Numbered from the whole stretch's first letter, positions 47,454-61,392 are shown. The stretch: DNA of 63,948 bases, filler included, from Chiloscyllium plagiosum (GCF_004010195.1; 4 parts of one record of this genome joined end to end with filler, not necessarily neighbours in it); one strand, 5' to 3'. Notes: a model not told the origin generated them from the sequence alone. Numbers and translations are program-made.

Positions 47454-49054
47454 CTAAACAGGAGAAGGCAGGCACTTTGCTGAATGTGGCTTCCAAATTC
47501 ACCATCCCTGATGTTTTCAAGTTAACTGCTGGTAGAATCTGTGCTGTTTCCTCTTCCAACTGGCGTTACCCAGTTCAATTCCTCTTCCAGATGTTGTATT
47601 TTTTCTGAAAAGAAGCATATGAATAAGTTAAGAGTGTGGTTCAAGTAAAGGACTATGCAGATGTTTGAGCCAGCTCCCCATATGCAGGCAAAGCAGCAAA
47701 ATAAGGGCTATGGTGAAGCAACAGTCAATTGACTCCAGTCCACGAGCAGTCAGCTTTGGAGTGAAACACTTTCCAGTTGCTTTCAGCTGGATAATATGGT
47801 ATTCACATCTGTTGTGAAGGTATCCACAGTGACTGGTAAGGTGATTCATATGAGAAGGCTAGTCAGAGTTTAATAAAGTAAATGAGTTTTGAACCCATAG
47901 TAAGGTGAGGAGGCAGTCCAGAATGAACTACCACAGTTAGTACAGGAATTGAAATTGTGCTTTGTTCTGCACCATGTTCTAGTCATCCAGCTAACTGAAC
48001 CACCAGATGTAGGGAAACAGAATTCTCGCCATTGCTGTCCCAGCTAGTTTCTTGTGGCACTCATTTCCCATATGACTGGGAGGATAGTCCAATCACCCTG
48101 CCTATTGCTAACTAGAAAACTGCCTGTTCTCAATATCAATCCCGATGATATTTTAATTCTCCACTTTAAAATTAATCAAACAGCTTAATGAGCCTCCCAG
48201 CTTGTGAAATACTAATAGAATGAACTAAATGCTATGACTGTTTTGGGAAAAGCTGCTTAGTTATTTACTTCAGTTATAGAAGGTCGTATAATCTATAAAA
48301 TGTGGTAAAATGTTATGGCAATATCCTGATAATATCATAGTTAATCATACCTCTGGGTTCTGTTAACTCCATATGACAGTGTAATTGCTCCATTAAGTGA
48401 CTCATCTGAATGTAATTGTTTTTTCTGAGTCTAATTCTTTATATGATGTGAGATTTTTCCATGCAAACTAATAAGTAATAAGCATGGGCATATGAGGAAA
48501 GACTAACATGTACTTATTCCAGAACATAGAACACCTACCACATTCAAGCAGAACTAGATATGCTTGTGTTGATTCCCTGAGGATGGGCTGCACTGCAGAC
48601 TGCTACCTGTGCTGCCCTTGCAAAATTCCTCCTGGATATTGTCAAAGAATGCCACGCAGTCTATGCAGTTACTGGTTCATGGTACTGCCGAGCCCCTCAT
48701 GAAATCAGTGGTCAGTTTGAAGTGATGCAACGCAAGCCAAAATCTCCGAACAATTTTGCTCAACTTCGGAAAGTAACAAAGACCCAAACGAAAATGCAGT
48801 ATTCCTTTCTCCTACTGTTTACTTTCAATGTGCATAATTTTCAGGTTTTCCCATACTTCAGGCAGAAAACTTAACATGAATTTCTATATCTTGGTATTTC
48901 TCCTATACTGAGCAAAAGGGTAGGAATCTTCAAAGTTTGCAAATGTTAGCAACAAAACAGGCATCTCTACAAATTATGCAACTATTTAGATAATAGTTTT
49001 ACGGTACACTGATAAAAAAAAATACAGACAGTATTTTAAACTCTATCTGTCCCC

Positions 49055-49640
49055 AGTTATGTCGCAACTCCAACCATCTTCAGCTGCTTCATCAATGATC
49101 TTCCCTCTATTTTAAGATCAGAAGTGGGGATCTTCGCCAATATCTGCTCAATTTTCAGCACCATTCATGGCTCCTCAGATAATGATGCAGTCCATAATCA
49201 AGTGCAATAAGATCTGGACAATATCCAGGCTTGGGCTGCCAAGTGGTAAGTAACATTCGTGCCAAACAAATGCCAGGCAATAACCATCATCTCCAATAAG
49301 AGACAATCTAATCACTGTCCCTTAACTTTCAATGGTGTCACCATCACTGAATTCCCTATTATCAACATCCTTGGGATTAATATTGACCAGAAACTCAACT
49401 GGGCTCACCACATAAACATAGTAACTATCAGAGCAGATCAGAGGTTAGGAGTACTGCAATGAGTAAGTCACCTCCTGAATCCACAAAGCCTGTCCAGCAT
49501 TTACAATGTGATAAAATATTCCCCACTGGCCTGATTGGAAATAGTCAAGAAGCTTGACACCATTCAGGACAAAGCAGCATACCCGATTGGCACATCCACA
49601 GCATCCATTTCCTTCCACCAAAGATGCTCAGTAGCAGCAG
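49055..49640 (+). mobile_element. L2/CR1-group LINE RT fragment
   Basis: TIFSCFINDLPSILRSEVGIFA; ILGINIDQKLNW; KKLDTIQDKAA. Confidence 0.75.
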
Positions 49641-49989
49641 TACAAGGTAACGAAAAAGATGCTCCCATGAGATGGACTCTACTAAAACTAAACTGGGACC
49701 AGTGTCCTGACAAGTTCAAAAAGTATGTTGATAGACAGATGTTTAAACCCGTAAAAGGTAGATGTGGAATTAATTGTGGAATTTATTTAAAGACTAAAGA
49801 AAAAAGTCAAGGCTGTATGTCAGAGTGATAGTTTGGGTAGATTACACAGGATGTGGGAGGGAGCAGCAGACTTCAATAAAGGTAATGGGTATTAGTATTA
49901 AGGTTATGTCATGGGAATGTGGTTAAAAATGATGACACAGTATTTGAACACATGTAGATTTCATTTCTTACTTCTGCAGCTTACTTACA

Positions 49990-50570
49990 TCATGTTGAGG
50001 TTATACAGGGCATTGGTGAGGCCTCTTCGAGAATACTGTGTACATTTCTGGTCCCCCTGCTGTGGGAAGGATATTATTAAATTAGGGAGGGTTCAGAAAA
50101 GATTAATCACAATTTTCCTGAATCTGAAGGGTTTGAGTTATAAGGAGAGTTTGGGTGGACTGGGGCTTTTTTCACTCGAGCATAGGAAGATGACCTTATA
50201 GAGTTTATAAAGCCATGAGGGGCATAGACGAGATGAATAGCATACAGTTTTTTCCCTAGGGTAGGGAGTTCAAAACTGGTGTGCATATTTTTAAGGTTAG
50301 AAGGGAAAGATTTAAAAATAATCTGAGGGGCAACTTCTTCCACACATGCACGGGGTTCATATGTGAAATGAACTGCCATAGGAAACAGTAGATGCAGGTA
50401 CAGTTACAACATTAAAAAGAGAATTGGACAGGTCCATTAATAGGAAAGGTTTGGGGGGATCTGGGCCAAATGCACCCAGATGGGAGTAGTTTGAGAGACT
50501 TAGTCAGCATGGATGAATTGGCCCAAAGCGTCTGTTTCTGTGCTGTATGATGTATGACTCTTTGACTCTG
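49990..50570 (+). mobile_element. CR1 LINE 3' fragment
   Basis: LYRALVRPLREYCVHFWSP plus a 3'UTR ending TATGACTCT. Confidence 0.8.
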
Positions 50571-51989
50571 AGGAAGAGGAGTTGGGAGCAAGGATCTCAG
50601 CAGGAAACTGTATCCAAGGAGAGTGTTTAGCAAACCATTTTTCTTCTTCAACCCCAGCAAGGGATAAATCTGTTCATCATCAACTCTTTTTTAAGGAGGT
50701 CCTTACTGAAATTTGATACCTGCTGGATTCACAACTTCAGAACAAGGAGGATGTTGCCAGTGGTTCTGAGTTTGATCATGACTACGAACATCTAGGTATC
50801 TGGTTCTTACCAGGGTGGAGGAGGAGATATTTGCAACATCATCCAGTCTGCTGTTTATTCGTGCACACAAGAGGTCACTGAGGCTCTGTATTTCAAGGTA
50901 GCTGAATATATTTTGTTTTGTTTTATTCCAGTTTCCCAGAATCTTCAGTCTTTTACTCTTCTTACTTTTCATTATCCTTGGTTGAAGAGAACAGGCAAAG
51001 TCAGTGTTGCATTCCCAGAGGTCTTCCTATAGTTCAACCTTCCATTGGCTTTGCAGGCACCATATACCCAAATTGAGATATAGCATAAATTAAAGGGATT
51101 TCAGTCTCTCAGCATCCAGCTGGTTTGCGTCCATACACAGTGTATCATTGCAGGTCACTGCTTGGTATCCTGACAGCATTCACAACATCTATATTTAACA
51201 GTCCTTCAGTTTGCCAACTACATTTGAGCTGCCATGGCAAAGCAAAAAGCTAGTGATGAGGATTATCCAAGGATGACAGGCTGAATTTTACATCTTTTTA
51301 GTTAAGTGTCAGTTATGTTGAGTTTTGTGGGGATTTTCTGACCGAAAGGCCAAATGGATTTTTTCACTGTATTTTACCAAGCTCTGCAGTCCTCACTTTC
51401 TCCTTGTCTAATTACTTACCTACCCCATATCTGTGGTGTCCCTCCCATTCAATTCCATCTCCTTCATGCTATGCACCATTCCCAGAAGAATTTGCAACTC
51501 AGCAGATTTTGGCTGAAAAACCCTTGCGTCCAACCTGTACAGGCATTGGCAATCTGGCACTGCCCCTCACCTCAGCAATGTAATGGCAAAGCAACCACAA
51601 CCCTTTGCTGCCCACAGCACATAACCGATATAGCTGACACCCCCTGAAACATACAACACAATTCTCTCCCCGTAGTCACTGATTAACCCACAGGCCACCC
51701 AGTTTACCTGCCCACAGATATTTCCTGTCTTGGTCGCCACTACTCAGTCCCCAGTGCCCACTGTGGACCTGTACTTAGTCATTGTCCTGCAGGGGAACAT
51801 CACAAACAAGCAAGTAATTGGACAATTCAAAGCATGAGTTTTGATTTACAGCCACCAAAAGGTGACACAAACAAAACTAACAAAGGCTGCAGTTCAGCCC
51901 CACAATATAAACCAGCTGCTGGAATTTTGATCAAACCTAGATAATAATCTGCAGCATCTAGCTGTCATCTTGCAGAACTGGGTGTCAGT

Positions 51990-53260
51990 TGGGTTCTGTC
52001 TGGCTTGAAGCACCTGACATGGCTGAGCCCTGTCATGGACAAGGTGAGCTTCCTCCCCTCCAATGTCTTTGTCCTCCTTGTCAAAGACTGCTCCCATTCC
52101 CCCAGTTCCTCATTACCAAGTCCTGTTGTATAGCAGATAGCTTGCCAGGCAGATGAGGCACCTCATACTGCAAGACCTCCTCCGGACTATCCAAGTAGCA
52201 GAGCTGCATCTTCAACAGTTCTAGCATTTGCTCTACCACAGGCCTGGTCAAAGTTTTGTGTCTGTGCTCCAAATCAGGAATAGTGTTGAGCAATGCTGTT
52301 CTGAGCGATGGTCTCAGTGGGTAGCCCTTGTCCCCCAGTATTAACTTTGTAAAACACCTGAACCATAACTGTACCAAGAGCATGGACAGCGTTCAGTCCT
52401 GGAGGGCGAGCAAAAGAAATCAAGGGAATTGCATATAGTCAGTTGGGAAGCTGCAAACCCAGCAATCCGGGCTCCGGCCAATCATGTCTAGTTACTACTT
52501 GTCAAAGTCAGTCAAAAGTTTGGGGCAAATACAGTTTTGGGGAGTAGGAACCATCCTGTTAAGGGGAATGCAAGAATGGGGGGGGGGGGGGGGGGGGATA
52601 GGGGAAAAGAGTATTTCAGGTTGTGTGCATTGTGGCAGTTGTCAGGGCAGTGGACACACATCTCTAGGAAGTGATAATAGTGATCACAAATCACCTGAAC
52701 ATTAATGGCATTGTTTCTTAAGGATGAACTTAGATTTTTTTTTAGATTACATGACAGTGTGGAAACAGGCCCTTCGGCCCAACAAGTCCACACCGACCCG
52801 CCGANNNNNNNNNNNNNNNNNNNNNNNNNNNNNNNNNNNNNNNNNNNNNNNNNNCCAGCCGCCTGAGGCGGGAATTGAACCCGGGTCTCTGGCGCTGCGA
52901 GGCAGCAGTGCTAACCACTGTGCCACCGTGCCGCCCACGTGCAGTGTTGTGATGTGCCACCCACCGTGCAGTGTTGTGATGTGCCAACCTCAGTGTGATG
53001 TGTGTGTAATTGATGGCACCCTGCATCTGGAGATTTGCCAGTAATGTTTGCAAATCCTCATGCCTATGCGACATCATCAACCTCATCATGAGAAACAAAA
53101 TGACTTTGCACAGATGGCACTGGTCACTCTCTTGTTGTATATGTGGGTGCACAATTCAGAGATCCTACCTAGTTCACCTGTCAATCCCTGGAAGGAGCCA
53201 GTCACATAGAAGTTCAAAGTGTTGTCTATTCACCACGACTTGAAAGGATGGCCTCCCACT
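51990..53260 (-). mobile_element. PIF/Harbinger transposase pseudogene (element probably spans ~51280 to beyond 53900)
   Basis: In order on the minus strand: TLNFYVTGSFQGLTGELGRIS (~53160-53220), QGAINYTHI (AIDCTH-like), INVQVICDH..CPDNCHNAHNL (HD-like), LGDKGYPLRP...TRPVVEQ..LLKMQLCYLD. These are HARBI1/DDE_Tnp_4 blocks. Confidence 0.85.
52740..52936 (-). mobile_element. HE1-type SINE inserted in the Harbinger transposase (middle in an N gap)
   Basis: Head GGGCGGCACGGTGGCACAGTGGTTAGCACTGCTGCCTCGCAGCGCCAGAGACCCGGGTTCAATTCC; tail GGGCCGAAGGGCCTGTTTCCACACTG. Confidence 0.85.
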
Positions 53261-54007
53261 CCTGTAGCCCTTGCTTTCTGCACTAGTGTCCAGCATAATT
53301 CTCTGATGCTGTTCTCTCTCTCTCTCTCTCTCTCTCTCCACACTCCCAACTCCCAAGTATGCCTCGAGACTTTCCTCCGTCCTCATCCTCCATGCACCTG
53401 TATGAGTGGCTCTGTTATCCACTTTCACCCACCCCTGCGCCCAGCCTTGTCTTCCCCACCTCTTTTGATAGTGATCCCTACTTTTCCCCCATAGGCTCTC
53501 CCACCACCTCCTCTCCATTCCATCCTCCTTAATAGGACAGGCTGCACCCCACCAGAACTGTATTTGCCCCAGATCTTCAACTGACTTTGACGAGTCGTAC
53601 CTGACATGATTAACCAGAGCCTTGATTGCTATGTTTTCAGCTTCCCAACTGACAATTTGTAATCCCCCTGATTGCTTATGCTCGCTCTACAGGACTGACT
53701 GCTGTTGATTCCCTGGACTATAGCCAGACAGATCCTCTGACCTTGAACAACTTTAATGGATAAATGGCCAAGTCCCTGAACTGTCTGTGGACTGTGCCCA
53801 TGATTGACAGTACTGGGACGCATTGATAGATTTTTCCCTGGATTGGACTGAGGATGAGCCGCTACCCAGTTTCCGACATGGCCATTTAGTTAAAGATATG
53901 TTCAGTCTGCATATTGCAGTTAGATGACACACTATAATAACATGGTAATGTGACATTCATAAAAATAACACTCCCTTTCTACCCCCATCTCCTTGCCCTC
54001 TGCCTAA

Positions 54008-55415
54008 TAGAACATAGAACATAGAACATAGAACATAGAACAATACAGCGCAGTACAGGCCCTTTGGCCCTCGATGTTGCGCCGATCCAAGCCCACCTAA
54101 CCTATACTAACCCACTATCCTCCATATACCTATCCAATGCCCGCCTAAATGCCCATAAAGAGGGAGAGTCCAACACTGCTACTGGCAGGGCATTCCATGA
54201 ACGTTTTATACAACTGCATCATGACCTCAGGACTCCGGAACTCAATTCCTCTACCAATGAAAGCCAGAGGCTGATAAAAATAATAGAGGCTGATAAAATC
54301 ATGAGGGACATGGATAGCATGAGTAGCCAAGGTCTTTTCCCCCCAGGGTAAAGGAGTCCAAAACTAGAGGGCATTGGTTTAAAATGGGAGGGGAGACATT
54401 TGAAAGGGACCTGAGGGATAACGTTTTCACACAGAGGATGGTACATGTATAGAATGAGCTGCCAGAGAAGTGGTGAAGGCTGTTATAATTACAACATTTA
54501 AAAAACATCTGGATGGGTATATGAATAGGGAGGGTTTAGAGAGATATGGACCAAATGCTGGGAAATGGGACGAGAGCAGTTTAGGATACGTGATCAGTGT
54601 GGATGAATTAGTTTGAAGGGTCTGATTCCATGCTGTGTAACTCCATGATATTAAGACACTGAACAAAAGATGAGACCTTCACAAAATTGAAAAGTAAAAT
54701 CCATTCTCCTCTGCTTTAGAACACAAAGTGGCAAAATAAAACAAGAGTATATTATGAATCTTAATCACACCAGTCAGGAACCGACTTTGATCGGTCTTAA
54801 ATACAGGCTGGATACAGTCACCAGATAAAGTACATAAACAAGAGCCGAAAAAAAAACAACCCAGAAATTTGTTCTCCATACAACACTGGTGAGGCTTCTT
54901 CTGGAGTACTGTGTGCAATTCTGGTCATCCTACTATAGGAAGAAAATTATTCAATTGAAGACTGTTCAGAAAAGATTTCCCAGGATGTTGCCAGGAATGG
55001 AGGGTTTGACTTATAAAAATAGGCTGAATCGGCTGGGGCTTTTTCCACTGGAGTGTAGGAGGTTGGCGCATAACCTTATAGAGGTTTATAAAATCATGAG
55101 GGCACAGGGAAGGTGAATAGCAAGGGTCTTTCCTAAGGATGGGAGAATACAAAACTAGGGAGCATTTTTCTCAAGGTGAGTGGAGAACGTTTTAAAAAAA
55201 GACATGAGGGGCAACGTTTTCACACAGAGCTGTCAGAGGAAGTGGTTGATGCAGGTCCTGTTACAACATTTAAATGACATTTGGATATGTACATGAATAG
55301 GAAAGGTTTGGTGGGATATGGGCCAGGAGTAGGCAAGTGGGGCTACTTTAATTTGAGAAAATGGTCAACGTGAATGAGTTGAACTGAAAGGTCTGTTTCC
55401 ATGTTGGGCTCTATA
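54008..55415. mobile_element. Cluster of CR1 3' fragments (minus ~54008-54265; plus ~54280-54650 and ~54885-55415)
   Basis: (AGAACAT)n tail; LLLEYCVQFWSSYYRK; CR1 3'UTR motifs. Confidence 0.8.
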
Positions 55416-58400
55416 TCAAATAAGGATTCACCGTGAGAAATCTGAACTTCCATCACTTTTCTGTTTCTATGAGAAATAAAAGCTCCTGGTTTTGACTCAT
55501 AGTATGAGCACATACCCATCTTTCCATTTCACCTGGTGAGTCATCTGACACCCTGCAGATAAAGAACCCTCGCTTTTCTGTCTACCTTCCAGCACCAAGA
55601 CACAGAGTACCATTTCAGTGAGCACTTTCTGCTCTGAATGATCAGAATCCAATGTTCCTCCTGCCTACCTTTTCTTCTGAAAACGAGGTAATTTTACATT
55701 AATGCACCTGAAATTGGACTAATCAAAATGAGGCCATGTTTGAATCAAAAATCTTTATATTTACAATTTTCTTGCACAAATATTAATATAAATGTAGTGC
55801 TGCTATTTGACCTTGATATTATAAGGAAGTTAAACCAATGAAGCCCATTGTCATTTTGCTATCGTACTCAACAATGAATCCAAGTGTCAGAGAAATCATC
55901 AACTGGGTTTTGTATCTTCACTTTTAACAGTAAAATAATCATGATAAAGTCAATTTTGCATTGCTTTAGTTGAGATCACCTAAGTGTTATTCAATTGGCT
56001 TACTATTAAGCAATCTAAAGAAATATTATTTTGTCATCCCAGGCACTGTACTAATTCACAGAATCAGAGGTTCGTAGACCTTTCCTAACATTGAGCAAAA
56101 AATATTGTAACATCTCATCAATCATTTGCTTATGACTTTGTTTAATTAACCCTATCATGTTGATAGTATCTATCACATTGCAAAAAAAAATCTTATTTTG
56201 TTGGTTAACTTATAGCATGTGGAGATATACAAAATAACTGCTGTTGATTTTACAAGATGGGAAAAATATTGAATGCCCTATGGTCATCTCAAGCCTTTTC
56301 TTTCGGGATTACATGAACAGAGATGAATTAGGTGTGTTTAGAATCAATATTTGTTTTTCTCCACAGCAGAAGATGGGATTTGTCAAAATTTTGAGTATGG
56401 CTTTGGACTGTCAAATCAAAATCCTTTCAACATTGAGTTATTTTTCTTACAACAAGTTGAAATGTAGCAATAGTCCAGACGTGCTGTAAGGATTACTTTA
56501 GAGGTCACAATATTGTTTTGATGAGGGGCAGTAGTTTGAAAGGTTTTATGTGACCAGCTACAAATCCGTATGGTACTAAAATTTCAGTCAGATGCAATCT
56601 TTAATCTTTGTTATCTGTCAAAGCTCGTGTATAACATTTGGACCCTGCTAATGTTTGCAATTTGTTTGAGTTTTTGCTGATCATTCAACAGCCTCCTGTA
56701 AGAGTTATTGTACGAACAGAGCTTGACATTGTTTCGAACAGCTACTATCAATAATACTGGGTTCTCTAATTAATAAATTTGGGTTTATTTAACTTATTTT
56801 CAAAAGTGATACTATATATCTTATTATTGTAAACTAATTGAAAAACTAATGCCATTCTTCTTATCAAAGATTCATGTAGGGTAATGCTCTAATAGTTGCT
56901 TGGTTTTCAAACAGGACTTCGGAGAATGTTCAATGCAATAAAGTTTGTAATTTCTGATTTTGACAGCATATATTTTGACCAAGGGATGTGAATTTATTTT
57001 TGTTTTAGTTCCATTTTGTTGAAAGCATTTGATCAAAGCCCTAGGCTCCTTGATATATAAGTCAAAGGAGTTTTTAGTAGATTCATTCTACTTTTTCTTA
57101 TTATTAATGGTAGCATTATCTTATTTATTTCGAATAAGATAACATTTCTGTTTAAATAGCAGTGGAGCAAATTTCTGGACACATTTCCCATGGGGTAATG
57201 TCAGGCTCAAATATTTCAAGTACGGCTTTCAGATCTTCACTGAAATATATTTTAATGAACATTATAACACTTGAGGTGAATACATTACTTCTGGTTCTGA
57301 ATTGCAGAATTTCACATGGATTTTGGTGAATGGCAAGCATTTTCTTTTTCAATGTACACAGGATTACTGGCAGAAGCCTTCCATATATTTTCTTGGAGGA
57401 ACATTAATAGTTTAATGCTTTCCTTACCTCTATTAAAGTTAAATGATGCAAGCAAACAAAAGCATGATTAAAATTAAATAGAAAAAACATAATTGAAGAA
57501 AGATGAATCATGAAAGGTCAGAAAACCGCAACAAATGATAATATGTTTACACACCACATTTTATAGTGCTGCATGGAAGCCAATCTTAGTATAAAGCAAA
57601 TAGATGCAAGAGAGTAGATTCCATTCCTATGATGGCTGAGGAATAAAATAATTGTCTCACACATACTTTTCAGAGATTTTGCTTTTGTTATTTTATGTTT
57701 TGTGTTAGTTGATAATGTTAATAAAATATACCATTGCAGAGTTGCATTCTGTTAACTCAAATATTTTCACAACTGTTAAATATTTGAGGAGTAGATTAAT
57801 AATTGAATACAAAAAGAAGCAACTTCTTTTTGTTTATATTATAGTCAATGAAACACATCAATTTCTTAGCAGTCTATCGGAGTAACTATCAAACAAAGGG
57901 AGGACTGAATGATTCAGAGGAAGAATTCTGAAACTTGGACCTTGTGAGCCCAAGTCAATAGTAGAGTCATGAAAAAACAAGATGCGTAAGAGTGCCAAAG
58001 TCAGAGAGTGCTGTTATTTAAGAGGATGGTAGAGCATGGACAGATTACATAAAAGGACCTGGAATATAGGCTTAGAGTTTTGAAAAGTCGATGTAAGCTG
58101 GCAAGCATGAGATCTGTAGGGGAATGAGACTTTATCTGAGTCCAAAGCAATGGGTTTTTATGTAATGACAATCCCATGTCTTGGGTTAGTTGATAATGTC
58201 ATACCTGTCAAAAGAATTAGACCTGAATATATGGCTTCAGAGTTATTGCACTTGCAAAATATCACATGAATGTTTTGATCAATGCTGAAAATATACTGCA
58301 ATCGTCATCAGAATTTACAAGCACTAATGGTGAAGAGCAGATGACAGAAAACAAATAAGGAAAGTTTTCTTTTTTTTTCAGTCTATTTGCAGCTTGAACC

Positions 58401-59559
58401 ATTAAGTAAAATGTCTAAGATGGTAGTGCTGTTTCCAATGTTATTACTGGTTATTATCTAATGCTGAGGAAGGCCAAAGTTTGTGGTGAGGCCAGAGGAG
58501 AATATTTATAATCTTTTGTTTTCACCAGTGACATTCTTTTCTCACCAGAGTAAAATTTCGAGCAGGAAGATAGATGGGCTCTCTAGCCCCCACCAGCAAT
58601 TGTTTCAGAATAACAACATCTGTAGTATTTTGCTTTTAGATAAGGCTCATAAGTGGCTATTCATCCACTGCTGGGATTAACCCAGCGCTGTCATTAGACA
58701 GCATACCCAGCTTTTCACAGCAGCTGGGAGCTTGCTAAATTGCGATCAGTAGCGCATGGAGCTTGAGGAAATTTAAAAAATGGTACCAAGAGGGCGACAG
58801 AGAGTCTACTCTGTCAGTCAATCACTAGCCCACATTCCACACAAACCCCACACTGCAAAGTCTCCCTCTCCACATGACTGGCCTGCAAACTGGGTCACTT
58901 TGTGTCCTGGAACTCTGGTGCCTGTCTCTTGTGTGAGGATGCTCTGCTTCCCCTGTAATGCTGCTGCTGAACACACAACCCATTGGGTTTTGACAGGCCA
59001 GCAGTTCTCAATGACTTCCACCCCTGGAGTGTTGATTTCTGAGGTTGGACTGCCAGTGACTTCTCCATGCCTTCTTCACATATGGTTCAGTGGGCCTTTT
59101 TAGAAGTGGCTAGTGCTGGCCTATTGCTTGATCTTCAGTCAGCAGGTGAGACCTCCAACACCATAGCAAGATTTTACCCAATGAAGTTAAACTTGGGGAT
59201 CAGCCCTTTGCTCAAAATCTGGTCTTGAAGATTTGTTTGTAAAGATCACTTCTCCACAAAGGGCAAAGTGCACTATAAGATGATATTTAATAATATTAAC
59301 AGCCAACCATTGTGAAATGAGAGGATCAAGCAAATATACTTTTGCCATAAATGCATTTTGTAAATGACGGATAAATAGCACTACAATCCAAATGGTTAAG
59401 AAGTAGAGCAGGATAATGCTTACACCTGAATAATGAGGGCTGAGATGTTTCTGACACTGTGCCTTGGGTTTCATGCAAGCTACATGGCGATAGCACTGAA
59501 CCTCTGGCCAGTGAGAAATGGGGAAGACCATTTCAAAACATATTTCAAAAATAATGGTT

Positions 59560-60660
59560 GTCAGGATAAATGGGAGGGTGCAGAGTTTTTGCAATTTGTA
59601 TTCAGACAATTATATATTTACAGTCCAGGACCCTTCATCAGGACTGGGAAGGGGGAAGGGATCCTAGAAATAAACAGAGACAGGGCGGTGAGGCTGGGAG
59701 AAAGGGTAGGTGGGATAGTGATAGCTGGATGCTGGTAGGGGGTAATCATGATTGGTCAGTGGGCAGGGGTGAAACAAATAGGTGAATAGGAAGGTGGGCA
59801 AGTCAGGTCCAGGTTGTAGGAAGGAGAGGATGGCAGTTCAGGCAGCATTCAAGGAGCAGTGAAATCGACATTTCAGGCAAAAGCCCTTCATCAGGAATAA
59901 AGGCAGAGAGCCTGAAGCGTGGACTCTCCACGCTTCAGGCTCTCTGCCTTTATTCCTGATGAAGGGCTTTTGCCCGAAACGTCGATTTCGCTGCTCCTTG
60001 GATGCTTCCTCAACTGCTGTGCTCTTCCAGCACCACTAATCCAGAATCTGGTTTCCAGCATCTGCAGACATTGTTTTTACCTGGAAGGAGAGGATGGGCT
60101 GGATATAATATGAGGCTGGAGGTGTGGAGATTTTGAAGCTGATGAACTCTATATTGAGGCCATTGGGCAGTAAGCCCCCTAGGCAGAATATAAGGTGTTC
60201 CTCCAGTATGTATTTGGCCTCTCTTTGAGAATGGAGGAGGCCGAGGATGGATAAGTCCCCAAAGGCTGGGAGGGAGAGTTGAAATGGATGGCAACTGGAA
60301 GATCGTGTTGAATGGTGTGTGCAGAGCGCAGGTACTCCACGAACCGGTCTCCGAGTCTGCGTTTGGTCTCCCCGATATAGAAGAGACCTCATCAGGAGCC
60401 ACAGACACAATAGACCAGGTTGAAAGACGTGCAGATGAAAATCTGCTGAATCTGGAAGGGTTGTTAAGGTCTTGGGTGGAGGTGAGAGGAAAGGTGTCCG
60501 GGCAGGTGTTGCATCTCTTGCAGCTGCAGGGCAAAGTACCAGGTGTGGAGCGGAGGTTGGTGGGGACTGTAGAGCTGACAATGGAGTTGCAGAGTGAATG
60601 TTCCCTATGGAAAGCAGATGGGGTGGGGAAGAAAATATATTTTTCGTGGTGGATTCTGAT
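59560..60660 (-). mobile_element. Penelope-like element (Cys-rich linker, GIY-YIG endonuclease), with a younger inverted PLE terminus inserted at ~59833-60080
   Basis: PCSCKRCNTCP linker; GDLSILGLLHSQREAKYILEEHLIFCLGGLLPNGLNIEF. Confidence 0.85.
59951..59990 (+). ncRNA. Minimal hammerhead-ribozyme-like motif
   Basis: CTGATGA-A-GGGC-TTTT-GCCC-GAAAC-GTC at 59956-59983; helix I weak. Confidence 0.55.
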
Positions 60661-61180
60661 TGTCTGATTGAACTGAATTGGCTGATAAAAACTGGGGCTT
60701 CACGATGTGGCTAGTACAGATCATCTAATTGACACTTCTGGCTGAAGACTGTAATGATTATAACAAGGTCAGCTAGGTGGACCTCAGAGACTATGTGTTT
60801 ACTGATTGTGGCTGTTAATCTGGTGCAATCAGGAAAGCCCAGGCTGACAGATACAAACAGGAGTGTAAGCACTACCACAGTTAGGCAGTAGTATGGGGGT
60901 AAAGAAAGAGATTTTTTTAAAAAAGAAAGAAAAAAAATACAAACGGGAGTGTCAGAGGTTCTGTTCACCCCAACAGTTGGCTCTGAGGAAGCCCAGACAA
61001 CCGCCTCCACGATCGCCAGGAAGACCATCGCCGACAGATTCGCGGCCCCCACGGCTATCGGGAATAACACTGTCTCGGTCGTCGCCACAGCCACTTCCGT
61101 CCTCTGGGTTGCCGCCGCCGCAACCACTTCCGCCCCCAGTGACATCACTAACTTGCACAACCACAACGCCGCATGTGTCT

Positions 61181-61292
61181 CCGCCCCCACACCAATCTCC
61201 GTCACCACGTCTAACCCCGCCCCCACACCGATCTCCGTCACTATGCCTAACCCTGCCCCCACACCAATCTCCGTCACCACGTCTAACCCCGC
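61181..61292. repeat. 36-bp GC-rich minisatellite (about 3 units) running into a gap
   Basis: CCGCCCCCACACCAATCTCCGTCACCACGTCTAACC repeated with few changes. Confidence 0.85.
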
Positions 61293-61392
61293 NNNNNNNN
61301 NNNNNNNNNNNNNNNNNNNNNNNNNNNNNNNNNNNNTTAATTAATTAANNNNNNNNNNNNNNNNNNNNNNNNNNNNNNNNNNNNNNNNNNNN

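Noticed and set aside
52081..52383. HARBI1 host gene
   Set aside because: Frameshifts, altered catalytic motifs and a SINE insertion indicate a dead transposon copy.
54009..54042. (AGAACAT)n and other short repeats as CRISPR-like or satellite arrays
   Set aside because: Microsatellite tails of CR1 LINEs; no spacers; eukaryotic context.
58670..59180. Possible MITE
   Set aside because: Composition suggests a non-autonomous DNA transposon, but I could not establish matching TIRs or a TSD.
60711..61348. Mucin-like or proline-rich ORFs as a host CDS
   Set aside because: Openness is explained by the GC-rich 36-bp repeat; the plus-strand stops come from the artificial spacer; no splice support.
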